Below, one piece after another: positions 24,598 to 35,642 of a DNA stretch of 64,000 nt. The stretch's first letter is position 1. Each line of letters starts with the position of its first letter. Below the pieces are notes generated by a model that had not been told where the DNA came from, searched no databases, and saw nothing but the letters and a program-made list of their open reading frames with translations. The stretch is from assembly GCA_965242865.1 (NCBI GenBank), contig CBDETK010000013.1, positions 5,088,001 through 5,152,000 on the forward strand, given 5' to 3'. The stretch is from Candidatus Latescibacterota bacterium. Its GTDB lineage: Bacteria > Latescibacterota > UBA2968 > UBA8231. The translations under genes were made by a program, and so were the position numbers.

Positions 24598-27279
24598 CTA
24601 GCGAATCAGAGCCATCCGCCTCACCTCGGTAAAGTCCGACCCAGCGGCGAGTCGATACAAATAGACGCCGCTAGCGACCGGCCGCCCCTCGTCGTCGCGG
24701 CCATTCCAAGCGGTGCGATAGTGGCCGGCCGTCAGCGTCTCGCCGCGGTACAGGGCGCGGACGCGGCGGCCCAGCGCGTCGTACACCACTAAATGCACGG
24801 GGGCGGTCCGCGCCACGTCGAAGGCGATGGTCGTGCTAGCGTTGAACGGATTGGGCCAGTTGCCGTGCAACCGAAATGCCTCGGGGACGCCAGCGGCCTG
24901 CTCGGCAATCGCCGTCTGAATGTAATTCGGAGCACCCGGCGTGGGAGTATGTACGGTCTGAAAATCGCCCGTACCGTCGGGGACGCGGGCAAAGCTGGTT
25001 CCCTCGTCGGCCTGTCCCTTATCCCAATCAATACTGGCGATTAAGGTTCCGTCTGCCGTCCAAATGCCCAGCTCTTCGTCGCGCCCGAGGGCAAAGCCGG
25101 GCCACCCGTCTTTGTCTAGCTCAATCTGTAGAAACGCACCCGCCTCAACGACCGCACCGGCCGGAAAGGCCGTGCGCTTGCTGGCGTCCGTCAGATCGTC
25201 GGCCATCACAAAGTCCGCCAGCTCGATCCGCTCATCCGAGGCATTGTACAGTTCAAACCAATCGAGCGGGTCGCCTTGGGCGGCAACCTCGTTGATGATC
25301 AGGGCGATTTCTGCCTCGGCTTCGTCGGCTCCGGCTGCTGGCGGAGCGTCTCCGCCAAACAAGGTGCCGTAAAACCGGCCCGCAATCCTTGCGCCCGGTT
25401 CGGTGCTGGCCTCGTCAAACTCAATCCCTCCCTTGCCGATCAGGTCAAACTGCTCTGGGGGACTATCGGGGGATGGCAGCCACACGCGGTAGCCGCTGAC
25501 CGCATCCATGTCAATGGGCAAGTTGGCGCCGCTCACCATGCGGTCAATCGGCAGCTCCGCCGCGAGGATGTCGATGGTAGCGTCCGGCCCGAGGCTGATG
25601 ATGGAGATGGACGCCCTCTTTTCAGCGGCGCGTCCTTCGCCCTCTGCTCCCGTCGCGTCCTCAAACTCGCCTTGGTCAATGGCATCGTCGCCGTTGGCGT
25701 CAATGGTCAGAATCTCTGCCCACGATGGCAGGTCTTCAACGCCGAGCGCGAGGGCCGCATCGTAGTCGGCGCGGTCGAAAACGCCATTGCCGTTGCTGTC
25801 GAGCGCGCCGAGGGTTTCATCCCAGCTTTCTACTTGCTCGGCCTCGCCTTCCTCAAAGCCGGCCGTGGCCCCCGACCGCTCAAAGCGCTGCTTTTTTCCA
25901 CCCAACTCGTACTCGGCAAACGCGACCGTGCCTTCGGCCAGCGGATTCTCGCTGGCACGCGACCCCCAAGTCGTCTCAAAGCGCAGCTCAAAAGAGCCTG
26001 CTTCCGCCCAGCAGATGTCGGCCGAGGCCAAGGGCCAAGGCCAAGCGGGCGGTTCGGGATCGAGATCGGCCAAAATCACCGCCCGCCGCGTGCGAATGAA
26101 CCGGCGCACCCGGTCTGCGTCGCCGGCGGCGCCATCCCGCCTTTCGTCCAGTATGTGCTGCTCGACAATCGCCGCCATCTCGTCGGCGAGGCCGAGCAAT
26201 TCTTCCTCGTTCCAGACCGCCTCGAGCAGCTCCTTGAGGCGGCTCACATAAGCCGCTCGCATCGCGTCGTCGCGGTACAAACGGTGGGCAATGGCCCCGT
26301 GCGCCATGACCGCCGCCGGCGATTCAAAATCGTCAAAGGGGTTGTCGCTCGACCCGAAAACGTCATCCGCGCCCCAAGGCACGAACACAAACGGCGCGCC
26401 CGGCTGGCGGTAGATGTAGAAGTTGTTGCGGTTGCTGGCGTATCCATCCCAGTGCCCGACGAGCACTTCAACCGCCCAGAAGGTGAGGAAGCGGTCGAGA
26501 TCAACGGCCGCGGCGAGCGCGTCTAAGCCGGCCGGAGAGGGGTCTTGCAGCGCGGCGACGACCGCGTCGATGTCCGACCAGTCGGCGGCGTCCTCGTTGG
26601 TTTTCTTTTCAAAGGTGCCGCGCCATCCGGGGCGAAAATCGCTCAGGGTTCCCTCGTACAAATTGCCGCTTGGATCGGAAAAATTGCGCGCCAAAAAGGC
26701 CGTTTTCATGCTCTCGACGTGGACGTACAAGCCCAAGTTTTTGCCGTTTACTGCAACGGTGGCAAAGTTGCAGCGCGGCGCGGGCAGGCCAGCGGCCGCG
26801 AAGACGCGGTACGCCATGCACGTATTGATCATCGACGGGTCTTGCTGGACGTTGTTCAGGGTCAGGCGCTTCATCGCCCCGCCGAGCAGTTGGCCATCGA
26901 CGAACTTGTCGAAGCGGACCTTGAGCGCGGGTTTTTCCGTACTCAGCGACCCGAGGAACCCTTTCTTGCGGACGCCGACTTGGGCGTGGGTTTCGCCATC
27001 TACCGTTACCGTCGCTTCAAACCAAGAGAACACATCGTCCGGGGGGCTGTCGAGGCAGTCGGTGCCCCCGAGAATATCTACAAGGGTCCGCGTCTGGGCG
27101 CGCAGCCGGTCCCAATCCTCGGGCGTCATCTCAACGGCCACCTCGAGCACGCGGTCGAGGGCGAAATAAGGGTCGCTGGGATGGGGAGCATCCTCAACTC
27201 CCAACGCTGGGCGGACGACCCAGAAAAACGCCGCAAGCGCGATCCCTGCGGCTCTGAATAAGTACTGGTGATTTTTCAT
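24598..27279 (-). CDS. CotH kinase family protein with EF-hand pair, lamin-tail domain and FlgD/T9SS-type C-terminal domain
   Basis: VGVRKKG, PAPRCNFA, LGLY..VE, HWDGY...NNFYIY, DSNGNGVFD/DANGDDAID, INEV...DWFELYN, NWPNPFN...GVYLYRL. Confidence 0.9.
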   Translation of the reverse strand: MKNHQYLFRAAGIALAAFFWVVRPALGVEDAPHPSDPYFALDRVLEVAVEMTPEDWDRLRAQTRTLVDILGGTDCLDSPPDDVFSWFEATVTVDGETHAQVGVRKKGFLGSLSTEKPALKVRFDKFVDGQLLGGAMKRLTLNNVQQDPSMINTCMAYRVFAAAGLPAPRCNFATVAVNGKNLGLYVHVESMKTAFLARNFSDPSGNLYEGTLSDFRPGWRGTFEKKTNEDAADWSDIDAVVAALQDPSPAGLDALAAAVDLDRFLTFWAVEVLVGHWDGYASNRNNFYIYRQPGAPFVFVPWGADDVFGSSDNPFDDFESPAAVMAHGAIAHRLYRDDAMRAAYVSRLKELLEAVWNEEELLGLADEMAAIVEQHILDERRDGAAGDADRVRRFIRTRRAVILADLDPEPPAWPWPLASADICWAEAGSFELRFETTWGSRASENPLAEGTVAFAEYELGGKKQRFERSGATAGFEEGEAEQVESWDETLGALDSNGNGVFDRADYDAALALGVEDLPSWAEILTIDANGDDAIDQGEFEDATGAEGEGRAAEKRASISIISLGPDATIDILAAELPIDRMVSGANLPIDMDAVSGYRVWLPSPDSPPEQFDLIGKGGIEFDEASTEPGARIAGRFYGTLFGGDAPPAAGADEAEAEIALIINEVAAQGDPLDWFELYNASDERIELADFVMADDLTDASKRTAFPAGAVVEAGAFLQIELDKDGWPGFALGRDEELGIWTADGTLIASIDWDKGQADEGTSFARVPDGTGDFQTVHTPTPGAPNYIQTAIAEQAAGVPEAFRLHGNWPNPFNASTTIAFDVARTAPVHLVVYDALGRRVRALYRGETLTAGHYRTAWNGRDDEGRPVASGVYLYRLAAGSDFTEVRRMALIR

Positions 27280-27419
27280 GCGTCCTTTTCCTTTGCTTAG
27301 ACGGGTGGGAATGGCGGCTGCCCAAAGATAGGGCCGCTAGCGGTTTTCGGTAACGGCACCACCGACCACATGCTTTAACACCGCCGCCCAGAACCTTTTG
27401 CAGCTTAAGGAGGCTACGT

Positions 27420-27456
27420 GCTTGTAAATTGATGATAGTATCATTAACCTACAAGC
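27420..27456 (+). promoter_or_regulatory. Sigma70-like promoter with overlapping dyad, leaderless start of the AAA gene
   Basis: TTGTAA-17 nt-TAACCT lies 6 nt before ATG 27457. Dyad GCTTGTA..ATGATA g TATCAT..TACAAGC. Confidence 0.55.
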
Positions 27457-28713
27457 ATGAATTACAGAAATCGCCACTTAGAGGCCAAAATTCTTCGCTA
27501 TAAAGAGATTTTTCCCGTCCTGCTGGTGACCGGGGCGCGCCAAGTCGGCAAGAGCACCCTACTGAGCCATCTGTGCGGTGCGGTCATGCCCCATATTACC
27601 TTTGATCCGGTCATTGACGTGGGCAACGCCCGTCAAGACCCGGAATTCTTCATCGCCCAGCACCCGCCCCCCATCATATTGGACGAGATTCAGTACGCGC
27701 CCGAGCTGCTGGCGGTTATCAAACGCCGCGTCGATCGCGACGACGCGCCCGGACAGTATTTTCTGACCGGCTCTCAGAACTTAGCCCTGCTCCGCGATGC
27801 GAGCGAAAGTCTGGCCGGCCGAGTCGTCGTCCTCGATCTAGGGCCTTTGACCCTGAGCGAACGCCAAGGGTGCGGCTCGGGTGCTGGCCCCGGATGGTTA
27901 GAGCTTCTGCTAGAGGCCGGAGGCACTCTGCCGGACTTGCACCACCAAGCGCGTGTGCCAGCGGTCGCCCCGCTGCGGACCGCATTCGAGGTGCTGTGGA
28001 GAGGCGGCTACCCCCGGACGCTGGACCAATCGCCGGACGTCATTGCCGACATCATGCAATCCTACGTGCGGACCTATGTCGAGCGCGATGTACGCAGCCT
28101 AGCCAGCGTACAGGATCAGCAGCAGTTCACGCGCTTGCTCAGTCTGTGCGCTGCGTTGACGGCGCAGGAGATAAATCGCAGTCAGTTTGGCCGCGAAATC
28201 GGCGTTACTCCGCAGACGGCCGCACGCTGGCTGCACATCCTCAAGGCGACCTACCAATGGCTGGAGCTGCCGCCCTACCACGGCAGCGCGATCAAACGGA
28301 TCAGCGGCAAACCCAAAGGCTACCTGACCGACACCGGGCTAGCCGCTTTCCTACAGCGAATTTCCTCGCCCGCGGCCCTGTCTGGCCATCCCCTGCTCGG
28401 GGCGCTTTTTGAGACGCACGTAGTGCTGGATATCCACCGCACCTTCCACTGCTTGACCATGCCTCCCCAAGTCTATCACTGGCGCACCCTCGCGGGTGCA
28501 GAGGTTGATTTGCTGCTGGAGCGCGATGGAATTTTCTGGCCGGTGGAAATCAAGAGCGGCACGCGCATCACGAGCGCCGATGCACGGGGCATCCGCGCCT
28601 TCCGAGAAACCTATCCGGCCCTGCGCCACGGCCCGGGAATTATCGTCGCCCCGGTAGAAGAGGTCTTCCAACTACGCGACGAGGTCCTCGTCATCCCGTA
28701 CGATCTGCTGTAA
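27457..28713 (+). CDS. AAA_14 ATPase with DUF4143 domain
   Basis: GARQVGKST, ILDEIQY, LTGSQ, PKGYLTDTGLA, EVDLLLE..VEIK. Confidence 0.92.
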   Translation: MNYRNRHLEAKILRYKEIFPVLLVTGARQVGKSTLLSHLCGAVMPHITFDPVIDVGNARQDPEFFIAQHPPPIILDEIQYAPELLAVIKRRVDRDDAPGQYFLTGSQNLALLRDASESLAGRVVVLDLGPLTLSERQGCGSGAGPGWLELLLEAGGTLPDLHHQARVPAVAPLRTAFEVLWRGGYPRTLDQSPDVIADIMQSYVRTYVERDVRSLASVQDQQQFTRLLSLCAALTAQEINRSQFGREIGVTPQTAARWLHILKATYQWLELPPYHGSAIKRISGKPKGYLTDTGLAAFLQRISSPAALSGHPLLGALFETHVVLDIHRTFHCLTMPPQVYHWRTLAGAEVDLLLERDGIFWPVEIKSGTRITSADARGIRAFRETYPALRHGPGIIVAPVEEVFQLRDEVLVIPYDLL

Positions 28714-28862
28714 CGGTGCTTCTCGGCTGCCTGTTGACTGTGAAAGCAGATCGTATCCCAAGGTATTTCTTGAGCCGCCAGATTATTCCTGACGTTTAGC
28801 AAGTCATTTTCAGCCCGGCTGATCCACTGCCGCACTAGGATTTTTTGCGGCGATTCGCTCAT
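28714..28862 (-). pseudogene. HEPN domain protein, N-terminal fragment
   Basis: WISRAENDL....ICFHSQQAAEK, then homology ends at the stop of the convergent AAA gene. Confidence 0.75.
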
Positions 28863-28892
28863 ATAGCAATCCTAAATGACTTGAAAGTATAG
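28862..28892. mobile_element. Isolated IS630-type terminal repeat
   Basis: tatagcaatcctaaatgacttgaaa resembles the ends of the IS at 32603..33744. Confidence 0.6.
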
Positions 28893-29083
28893 AATGTTCA
28901 TCGGCCCTGCTTTTTGCATACAGTCGTCATTGCCCAGCGAGGAACCCCTTGGGTCGAACACCACGCCCCACCAGGAGACAAAAGGGCTTGACGAGAAACA
29001 CGGATACTCCCGCAAACGCGGGAATCCAGTCTTGAAGGATGTAGGATTGCTATATTGCGGCCTTGGTCGAAGCATTCCCTTTT

Positions 29084-29990
29084 TTATAGAATCAGCAGCA
29101 TCTTGCGGGTGGCCTGCCGACCCTCGGCGTCTAGCCGCGCAATATACACCCCACTGCTGACGACTTGGCCGTGAGCATCGCGCCCATCCCAAGCCGTCTG
29201 ATAGGTTCCCGCCGGCCGCATGCCTTCTACCAAAGTAGCTACCAACTGGCCGTGGGTGTTGAACACTTGCAGCGACACCGCCGATAGCTGCTGGAGAGTA
29301 AAGCCGATGTGCGTGGCGTGATTGAAGGGGTTGGGATAATTCTGCGCGAGATGGAACGAGCGCGGCGCACCGGACATGGACGAGGATGCAATCGCCGTAG
29401 GCAGATCGGGACGATGCCACCGGTACAGGCCCTCGTATGAGGGAATCCACAGATCCCCCCGACTGTCGAAAACCGGGGCACGAGCGACTAGGAACTCCTC
29501 CCAAGAGAACCCGGTCCAAGTGGTCCCCTCCAACATACCAAAGTAGCCCCCTACCACGATCCACAGTCGACCCGCGGCGTCTTCCGTCATCTCAAAAACA
29601 TTCCAGAATAAAGCATTCCAGAATATCCCGGCCTTATGGTAGTACTTCCAAGTCGAACCGTCCTTGACACACAATATCCAACAATCCAACCAGACGCGAC
29701 CTTGGCTGTCCGGGAAGATCATCTGGACGTGGGATCGATACTTCGGATCAAAATCGAACGGAGCGGACGGATCTTTGGAGCGATGGGATGGGTAGCCCCC
29801 CATCTACCACCATTGGCGTACTAAGCAGCCGCTGCTGCGAGCCATCCGGCGTATATAGGGTCACCTGCCGCGTTTCTTGCCCCGAAAGCCCAAGAGGCAA
29901 TAGCAGTAATAGCAACAGATAGCCGCTCGCCGGACCAGCGAGCTTGGGACGTAACCGAATAGGAGCTGAGGAAGGGCGTACACCGAGCAT
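29084..29990 (-). pseudogene. Two-component-regulator-propeller + FlgD/T9SS-domain protein, internally deleted or frameshifted
   Basis: Signal-peptide segment in one frame (29748..29990); DSQGRVW/DAAGRLW repeats and QNYPNPFN...WDGRD...SGVY in another (29084..29803). Confidence 0.7.
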
Positions 29991-30103
29991 AACACGACCT
30001 CCATCAAAGGGGGGATGGAAGACATACGTTTGTCTAAACATGCAACAAAATATAACGAATGATCGGCTCGGAGTACACTTTCACCTGAACTCAGTGGTCC
30101 CCT

Positions 30104-30565
30104 TCAGCGGTCTCGATCTAAGCGAGACAACCGCTCCCAATCCTCTCGGAACGTCCCTTCCTGAACCGCTCGGGTTAGGTCGGTATTGGTCGCCGCCACG
30201 ACCCGCACATCTATCGGGATCGAGGCCCTGCCGCCGACGCGGGTCAGGCTATTCTGCTCCAAGACATGGAGCAACACCCGTTGCGATTTCACCGGCAAAT
30301 TGCCGATCTCATCGAGGAACCCGCCCACCGCAAAGGAAGACACCGCCCCCGGAGCCAATCCCGCCAACGTCGTCGCATCCACGCCTGCGGATGTCCACCC
30401 CAAAAGCTGGGCCACCCCTTCGTAGAGTTGGTACTCATAGCCGGTCAGTGCCGAGGGGTTGGACATGGGCTTGGACACCGACACGTTCACCCGACCCGCC
30501 GCCGAATACACCGACACCTCCGGCGCATCTGACGCCCCGGTTTGCACTGGCGCATCCGCATCGCG
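30104..30565 (-). pseudogene. Chimeric fragment: fibronectin-III-like piece fused to a sigma54-activator AAA+ piece
   Basis: TGYEYQ...LAGLAPG, followed by FLDEIGNLP..Q..LL.VLE....RVGG...IDVRVVAATN.DL...V..G.FRED. Confidence 0.7.
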
Positions 30566-30866
30566 TTGGATCGGTGGAGTGTGCATCGTGCGGCGGTGGC
30601 GACCCGGCAAAAAAGATACGCGGATCGACCCACCATCGAAGGGTTACCCGCCTATGCACCCGAATTGAACCCGGTCGAACAGGTCTGGAATCATACCAAG
30701 TATGGGGACTTGGCCAACTTCATCCCCGATCCCATCGAGCACCTAGCCGACGGGGTCATGCCGTCGATGACCGCCCAGCATCACGATAACCACCTGATCC
30801 GAGGCTTCTTCAAGTACGCTCAACTACCCCTGTAACGTATTCCTTTATTTTTGCAGAACTCAATAA
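30566..30866 (+). mobile_element. IS630-family 3' fragment
   Basis: LPAYAPELNPVEQVW; near-identical to 55477..55777. Confidence 0.85.
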
Positions 30867-30954
30867 GCGCATACCGGACATTCTTTGATTTTCACATAAT
30901 TGGTTAATTGTCCGATTTTGGATATATTCTTTGGTGGAAAGCGAGGAACCATCT

Positions 30955-31125
30955 TTGGGAAAGTTGGAATGCTTTCAATTGGCAGGCTTGGAATTATGGT
31001 TCAATTCCTCAGATCACGAACCACCTCACTTTCACGCTCGCAAACCGGACAAATGGGAAATACGCGTCTTTTTTGGTGCATGTAAAACCGGAAATCTGGT
31101 TTTTACTGTGAAGTTTCCCCCTTCA
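30955..31125 (+). pseudogene. DUF4160 domain protein, truncated
   Basis: LWFNSSDHEPPHFHAR motif; TTG start after a GAGGA SD. Confidence 0.7.
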
Positions 31126-31160
31126 AGATTTTCGGCCGCGCAGACGACAACGCTCAGCTT

Positions 31161-31739
31161 TTGCCGCAAATGCTTTATGAGGCACAACTCAGGAGCAGCC
31201 TACACATTCTCGTGCATTCGACTAAGGAAGTGCCCAAGCGCGTACTAACGGCTTGGATCCTTGGATGTCCCGAGGAACTCGTTGCCGCGGCACAGGTCGT
31301 AGGCGAGGAACTCTTTGTCATGGCCTGTGATCATACCTTGTTCAGAGTAGGTTTTGCAGAAATGCCCGCACTCAAGCGCATTCCACCCCAACAGCGTTCT
31401 TCATTTACCATCTCCAGTGAAGGCAGTTACATGCATTGGCCTGAGGTTGATGTACATATTGACTTAGAGGCTGTTCGCTGCCTAAAAGACGACATAAGGC
31501 GCGAGAAAAAGGATTGGGAAAAGCTGATGTACGACCTCCGATTCGGAGAGGCCGTTGCCGCATTGCGCAAGCAGTGCGGGATTAAGCAAGCCGAGATACG
31601 AGGGCTTTCTGAACGCCAAGTGCGAAGAATCGAAAAGGGGGAACGGACCAAGGTGGATACGCTAGCGATTTTGGCAAGAAGCCACGGATTGTCCCTTAAA
31701 GAGTATCTCGACGAAATTGCCAACATCCTCTCTCCCTAG
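31161..31739 (+). CDS. DUF2442 + XRE-type HTH protein, probably 5'-truncated
   Basis: FTISSEGSYMHWPEVDVHIDL; FGEAVAALRK...GLSERQVRRIEKG. Confidence 0.75.
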   Translation: MPQMLYEAQLRSSLHILVHSTKEVPKRVLTAWILGCPEELVAAAQVVGEELFVMACDHTLFRVGFAEMPALKRIPPQQRSSFTISSEGSYMHWPEVDVHIDLEAVRCLKDDIRREKKDWEKLMYDLRFGEAVAALRKQCGIKQAEIRGLSERQVRRIEKGERTKVDTLAILARSHGLSLKEYLDEIANILSP

Positions 31740-31747
31740 GCGTCCGT

Positions 31748-32257
31748 TCACTTTTTCCGCTCCTTGTAGCGGCGGCCCCGGTCTTTAGCGCGGCGGTCGC
31801 GCACTAATTCCATCACCGGGACGCCGTAGCCGCAACTAGTGCCGGTCTGCTCAACTTCGACTTCGATTACTTGGCGCTTGGTCCGCAGGTGTTCGGCCTC
31901 TGCTTGCAGCAGCAATGCGGCGTGGGGCGATTCTTCGAGCGGGGTGGCCGTGGCTTTGCCGTAGAGGCGGACGATGCCGGCGTCCGCTCCGGCAAATGAG
32001 CAGACCATGACGGTAATCGGGCCGCCATCTTTCGCGTGCCGCGCTGTTTCGTTGCCGCTGCCCAAGTAGTCGAGAAAGGCCACTCGGTTGGGATCAATCA
32101 CGTGTAGCGGCACGCCGCCCTTGGGCGATAAGTTGACTGGACCAATGCCGTCGGGACCAGCGGCGAGAGCCGGGGCGGCCGAGGCGACGAAAAACAACGG
32201 CGCGTTGCGGATCAGCGCCGCTTGATCGTCGGTGATGGAGGGATAGTAAGTGGCCAT
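31748..32257 (-). CDS. Pyridoxamine 5'-phosphate oxidase family FMN-binding protein
   Basis: FFVASA, VNLSPKG, DYLGSGNETARH, TSCGYGVP. Confidence 0.88.
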   Translation of the reverse strand: MATYYPSITDDQAALIRNAPLFFVASAAPALAAGPDGIGPVNLSPKGGVPLHVIDPNRVAFLDYLGSGNETARHAKDGGPITVMVCSFAGADAGIVRLYGKATATPLEESPHAALLLQAEAEHLRTKRQVIEVEVEQTGTSCGYGVPVMELVRDRRAKDRGRRYKERKK

Positions 32258-32324
32258 AGGGCTTGTGTCCTTTTAGAGGAATTATATACTTGACAATAGG
32301 AGAACTTCTTACAAGGAGAAAAAC

Positions 32325-32585
32325 ATGAAAAGTATGAGCCGACAGCAAGAAGTAGATGAAAACTACGAGGCTTTCAAGGCTATGCTGCCCGAGTTAATGC
32401 GAACCCATCCAAATAAATTTGCGCTCATGCACAATAAGGAAGTAGTCGCTTGCTTTGATACAAGCAGAGATGCGATTGCTGCGGAAAACAATTTGATAGA
32501 TGGGCATTTCTCGGTACAACAGATTACCGGCCGTTCCATTGATTTAGGATATTTCTCTCATGTCGGTGTTTTCTGGACAGTTTAA
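32325..32585 (+). CDS. Small hypothetical protein (DUF5678-like)
   Basis: NYEAFKAMLPELM..H.NKFALMH..EVV..FD; SD AAGGAG. Confidence 0.65.
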   Translation: MKSMSRQQEVDENYEAFKAMLPELMRTHPNKFALMHNKEVVACFDTSRDAIAAENNLIDGHFSVQQITGRSIDLGYFSHVGVFWTV

Positions 32586-32602
32586 TTGGAATGAGGGCCT
32601 AA

Positions 32603-33744
32603 TATAGCAATTCTAAATTATTCAAGAGATGTTATATATTGCTGTAACTTAGGGAACTGGAAGTATTTTTTCTGTCGAATTCCCTCGACAAATAGGTCTT
32701 TGATCGGTTCAAAGTTTGTAGTCCACAAGGCATGGGTACGCACAAAAGTCTTCCCTTTTAACCAAATATCTTCAACGGGATTTTCTTGTGGTGTATAAGG
32801 GGCCAATCGCATACAGCATACCTTCCATTGCTCCGGTGGTCGGTTCGCTTGTATGGTTTCGAGAAAGGTGCACATGGCCTGTTGACGATGATAGGAAGCC
32901 CCATCCCAAAAAATCAACAACCGTTGACCGGGACGACGCTGTTGTATAGAGCGTATAAAGTCCACCGTATGCTGCGCGTTGGCCTTGGGATAGCTTTGCA
33001 TCAGGAAGGTCCCCTTGACGACATCCAAAGCCCCATAATAGGTCTGGCGTTGACGGGCGTTGTCCATGCACACCCTAAGCCGTTGGTCGGACCGGCCCCC
33101 AGCATACCCACAGGCATCCCCCCAGTGTAGATGCGACTCGTCGACAAAAAAGGCACTCAAACGCCCCGCTTGGAGATCTGGCATATACGCGGCTAGTTTT
33201 TTTTATCTCAGCGCGCCGTGCGATCCCTTGGCGCGGGTCGGCTTGAGGCGAACGGCGGGCGTGGGGCTTCTTCCGACGATAGCCCGCCTGCGAGAGCAGA
33301 TCATAGTAACGCTGTGAGGAGCGATACACCACGCCAAACTGCGTTTGGATATAGGAGGCCAACGACGCCACCGAGGGCTGTGATGGGGTGGCTAACCAGC
33401 GGGTGATTTGCGCTCGCTGAGCAGCCGACAAATAGGACGGCGAGCCTTTATAGCCTAAGCGCAAGCATTCGACCCCCTCAGATAGATACCGCTTCTTCCA
33501 CGTACGGATGAACCCCGACGGAACGCCGAGCACCGCTTGAATCATACCTTGTTTGACCCCCAACAGAGTCATCTGAACCGCGACTGCACGTTTGAGTTCA
33601 CGGGCGTCGGGGTTGCTGGCGATAAAATCGGATAAAGAACGATCGGAAACCAGCTGAAAACACTCCTGAAAAAGGGACGATAGAAAACGAAACGACAACA
33701 TAAAAAGAAAACCTTAACCTTTCAAGGCATTTCGGATTGCTATA
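32603..33744 (-). mobile_element. IS630-family element, two-ORF transposase (33075..33701 HTH; 32618..33184 DDE)
   Basis: Imperfect inverted repeats TATAGCAATTCTAAAT / TATAGCAATCCGAAAT; VDESH, WDGASYH, APYTPQENPVEDIW; A8 slippery run at 33197..33204. Confidence 0.9.
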
Positions 33745-35606
33745 TCAGCGTTGGCGACGTGGTGGGCAACCCCGGTTCCTTCCTTGCCGCAGACGAGTAT
33801 CAAGTCCAGATGTATCGGCGTCTTGGCCTGTTTCAGCGGAGTGGAAACGGACATTTCGGCCTTGATCGGATACGCCTGTTTGCACGCGAACCCGGCGTGT
33901 CGGATCGCCCGGTGGACACAGGTCCACCCTTCGTGCCGAGCATGGTGATAGGAGAACACGAGCAGCCCGGTATGCTTGAGGACGCGGTGGCATTCGGCGA
34001 ACACGGATGTCAGTTTGTCGGCGAAGCGAATAGGACTCGTATCTTGAACTTCGTCTGGTCGTCTCGTGGTTTTAGCTTTGGAATAGTCCAAAAGCTGGTT
34101 TAGCCAGTAAAAGAAAAAGTCGGCGAGCTGGGAGTAGTGAACGTTTTCGAAGAATGGGGGATCGGTTACGACGACGTCCACACTGCGATCTGGAATAGTG
34201 GTGCGACTGGAATCGCCTTGAGTGAGGTAAACCGCGTCGTTGCCGTTCAAGGCGAACTCATCGGATACCAAAACGGCGAGAGGCCGATTAATTCCTCCAA
34301 CTTTGGTGCTTTTTCCCTGTGCCGCGTAGAGCTCGGTTGGATTCGCCTTGTAGGCAAGCGCATGTAGGACGCGAGAGCGGAACAAGGTGGAAAACGATCC
34401 AGACGACTTATTTGTACCCCAGACGTTTGCTTCAATGGGCATCATTTCGGGCTTGAGGATATGGTGTGAAAATATGTGCCGCACGGCCCCGGTTCCCTCC
34501 CCCTTGAAAGATGCAAACAGGTTATTGAACTCAAGTACACCCGAGAACAGGCAGGCAAAGAGGAGCCTATGCTCGGCGTGATCGATCTGACGAATGGCCT
34601 CTTGCAGGTGGTGGATGCAAAGGAGCTGCCGATCGGAAAACAGATCGTGCCAGAAGCGGTAGTTGTGCTTCAAAATCTGGTTTGTATTGTAACCCGGCGC
34701 GATTTCAATTTGCGGAAAGGAGGAGCGGATGCCAGTAAACTCTCGGGCGATGCGTTCGGCAAGGGAGTCGTCGAAAGCATTCATCGCAGCGTATTGCTTT
34801 TGCCCATCGGTAGTGAGGATCATCTTGGCATACCGGCGACAAGCAAGAGGACCCCGCATTGCTTTCATCCGCTCGACAAGGCGGAATGTATGGCCGCACG
34901 TATCGCATTTGACTTTTGCCCCTTTGATGTTGCCTTGCTGTGGGTTGTACCGCGTGTTACAGTCCGAACACTTCACGGAATCGGCGTCGTAGCGCGTCGC
35001 GTTGACGGCGTCGCAACTAGGGCAGAGTGCGCGGGCACTGGCGTCTTTGCGCGGTACGGCGTTCTTTGAGAAAATGCGAGACTTGAAGAGATCGATCTGT
35101 TTACTGCACTGTGGACACGACACAACCTTGACGAGAAAGTAGTACAGTACGGTGGCCCTGCGACCTTCTTCGGTACGCGTTTCAAAGTAGTTCAATAGTT
35201 TGGGAGCGACCGTGCGCTCAAGGCGGTGATATGTAGCGACGACTGCGGACGGATCGTACTGAGTGAAGGCCGCACGGCATGCGAGATATGCGACTGGATT
35301 GATATCTTGGCCCAAAGCGGTACAACCAAGTTTGATTGCTTCTCCTATGGTGACGCCGCTCCCCATGAAAGGGTCAAAAACTACGGTTTCAGCAAAATCG
35401 TTCTTCCCATAAAAACGCTTCCAGAAGTCCTCTCCCTCGTCGAGACACGCCCCCAGCAAAATACCCCGAAAAACAGAGCCTAACCTACGCGCCCACCATT
35501 TGTGGATGTAGTAAACCGGGCGATGGACTTCTTTTCTCCAAGATTCGGCTTCTGCGATTGCAGAGAGACGGGCATAGGGAAATTCGGTCTCTATGAGTCG
35601 AGGCAT
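33745..35606 (-). CDS. Adenine-specific DNA methyltransferase with Zn ribbons (COG1743/DUF1156-like), 3' end cut by IS630
   Basis: IHKWWARRLGSVFR, FDPFMGSG, CxxC pairs, VTDPPF. The last residues (IAIRNALKG) are read from the IS end. Confidence 0.88.
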
Positions 35607-35642
35607 CTTGCTACTAAGAAGTGTGCGCCGTCATGCGAGATA

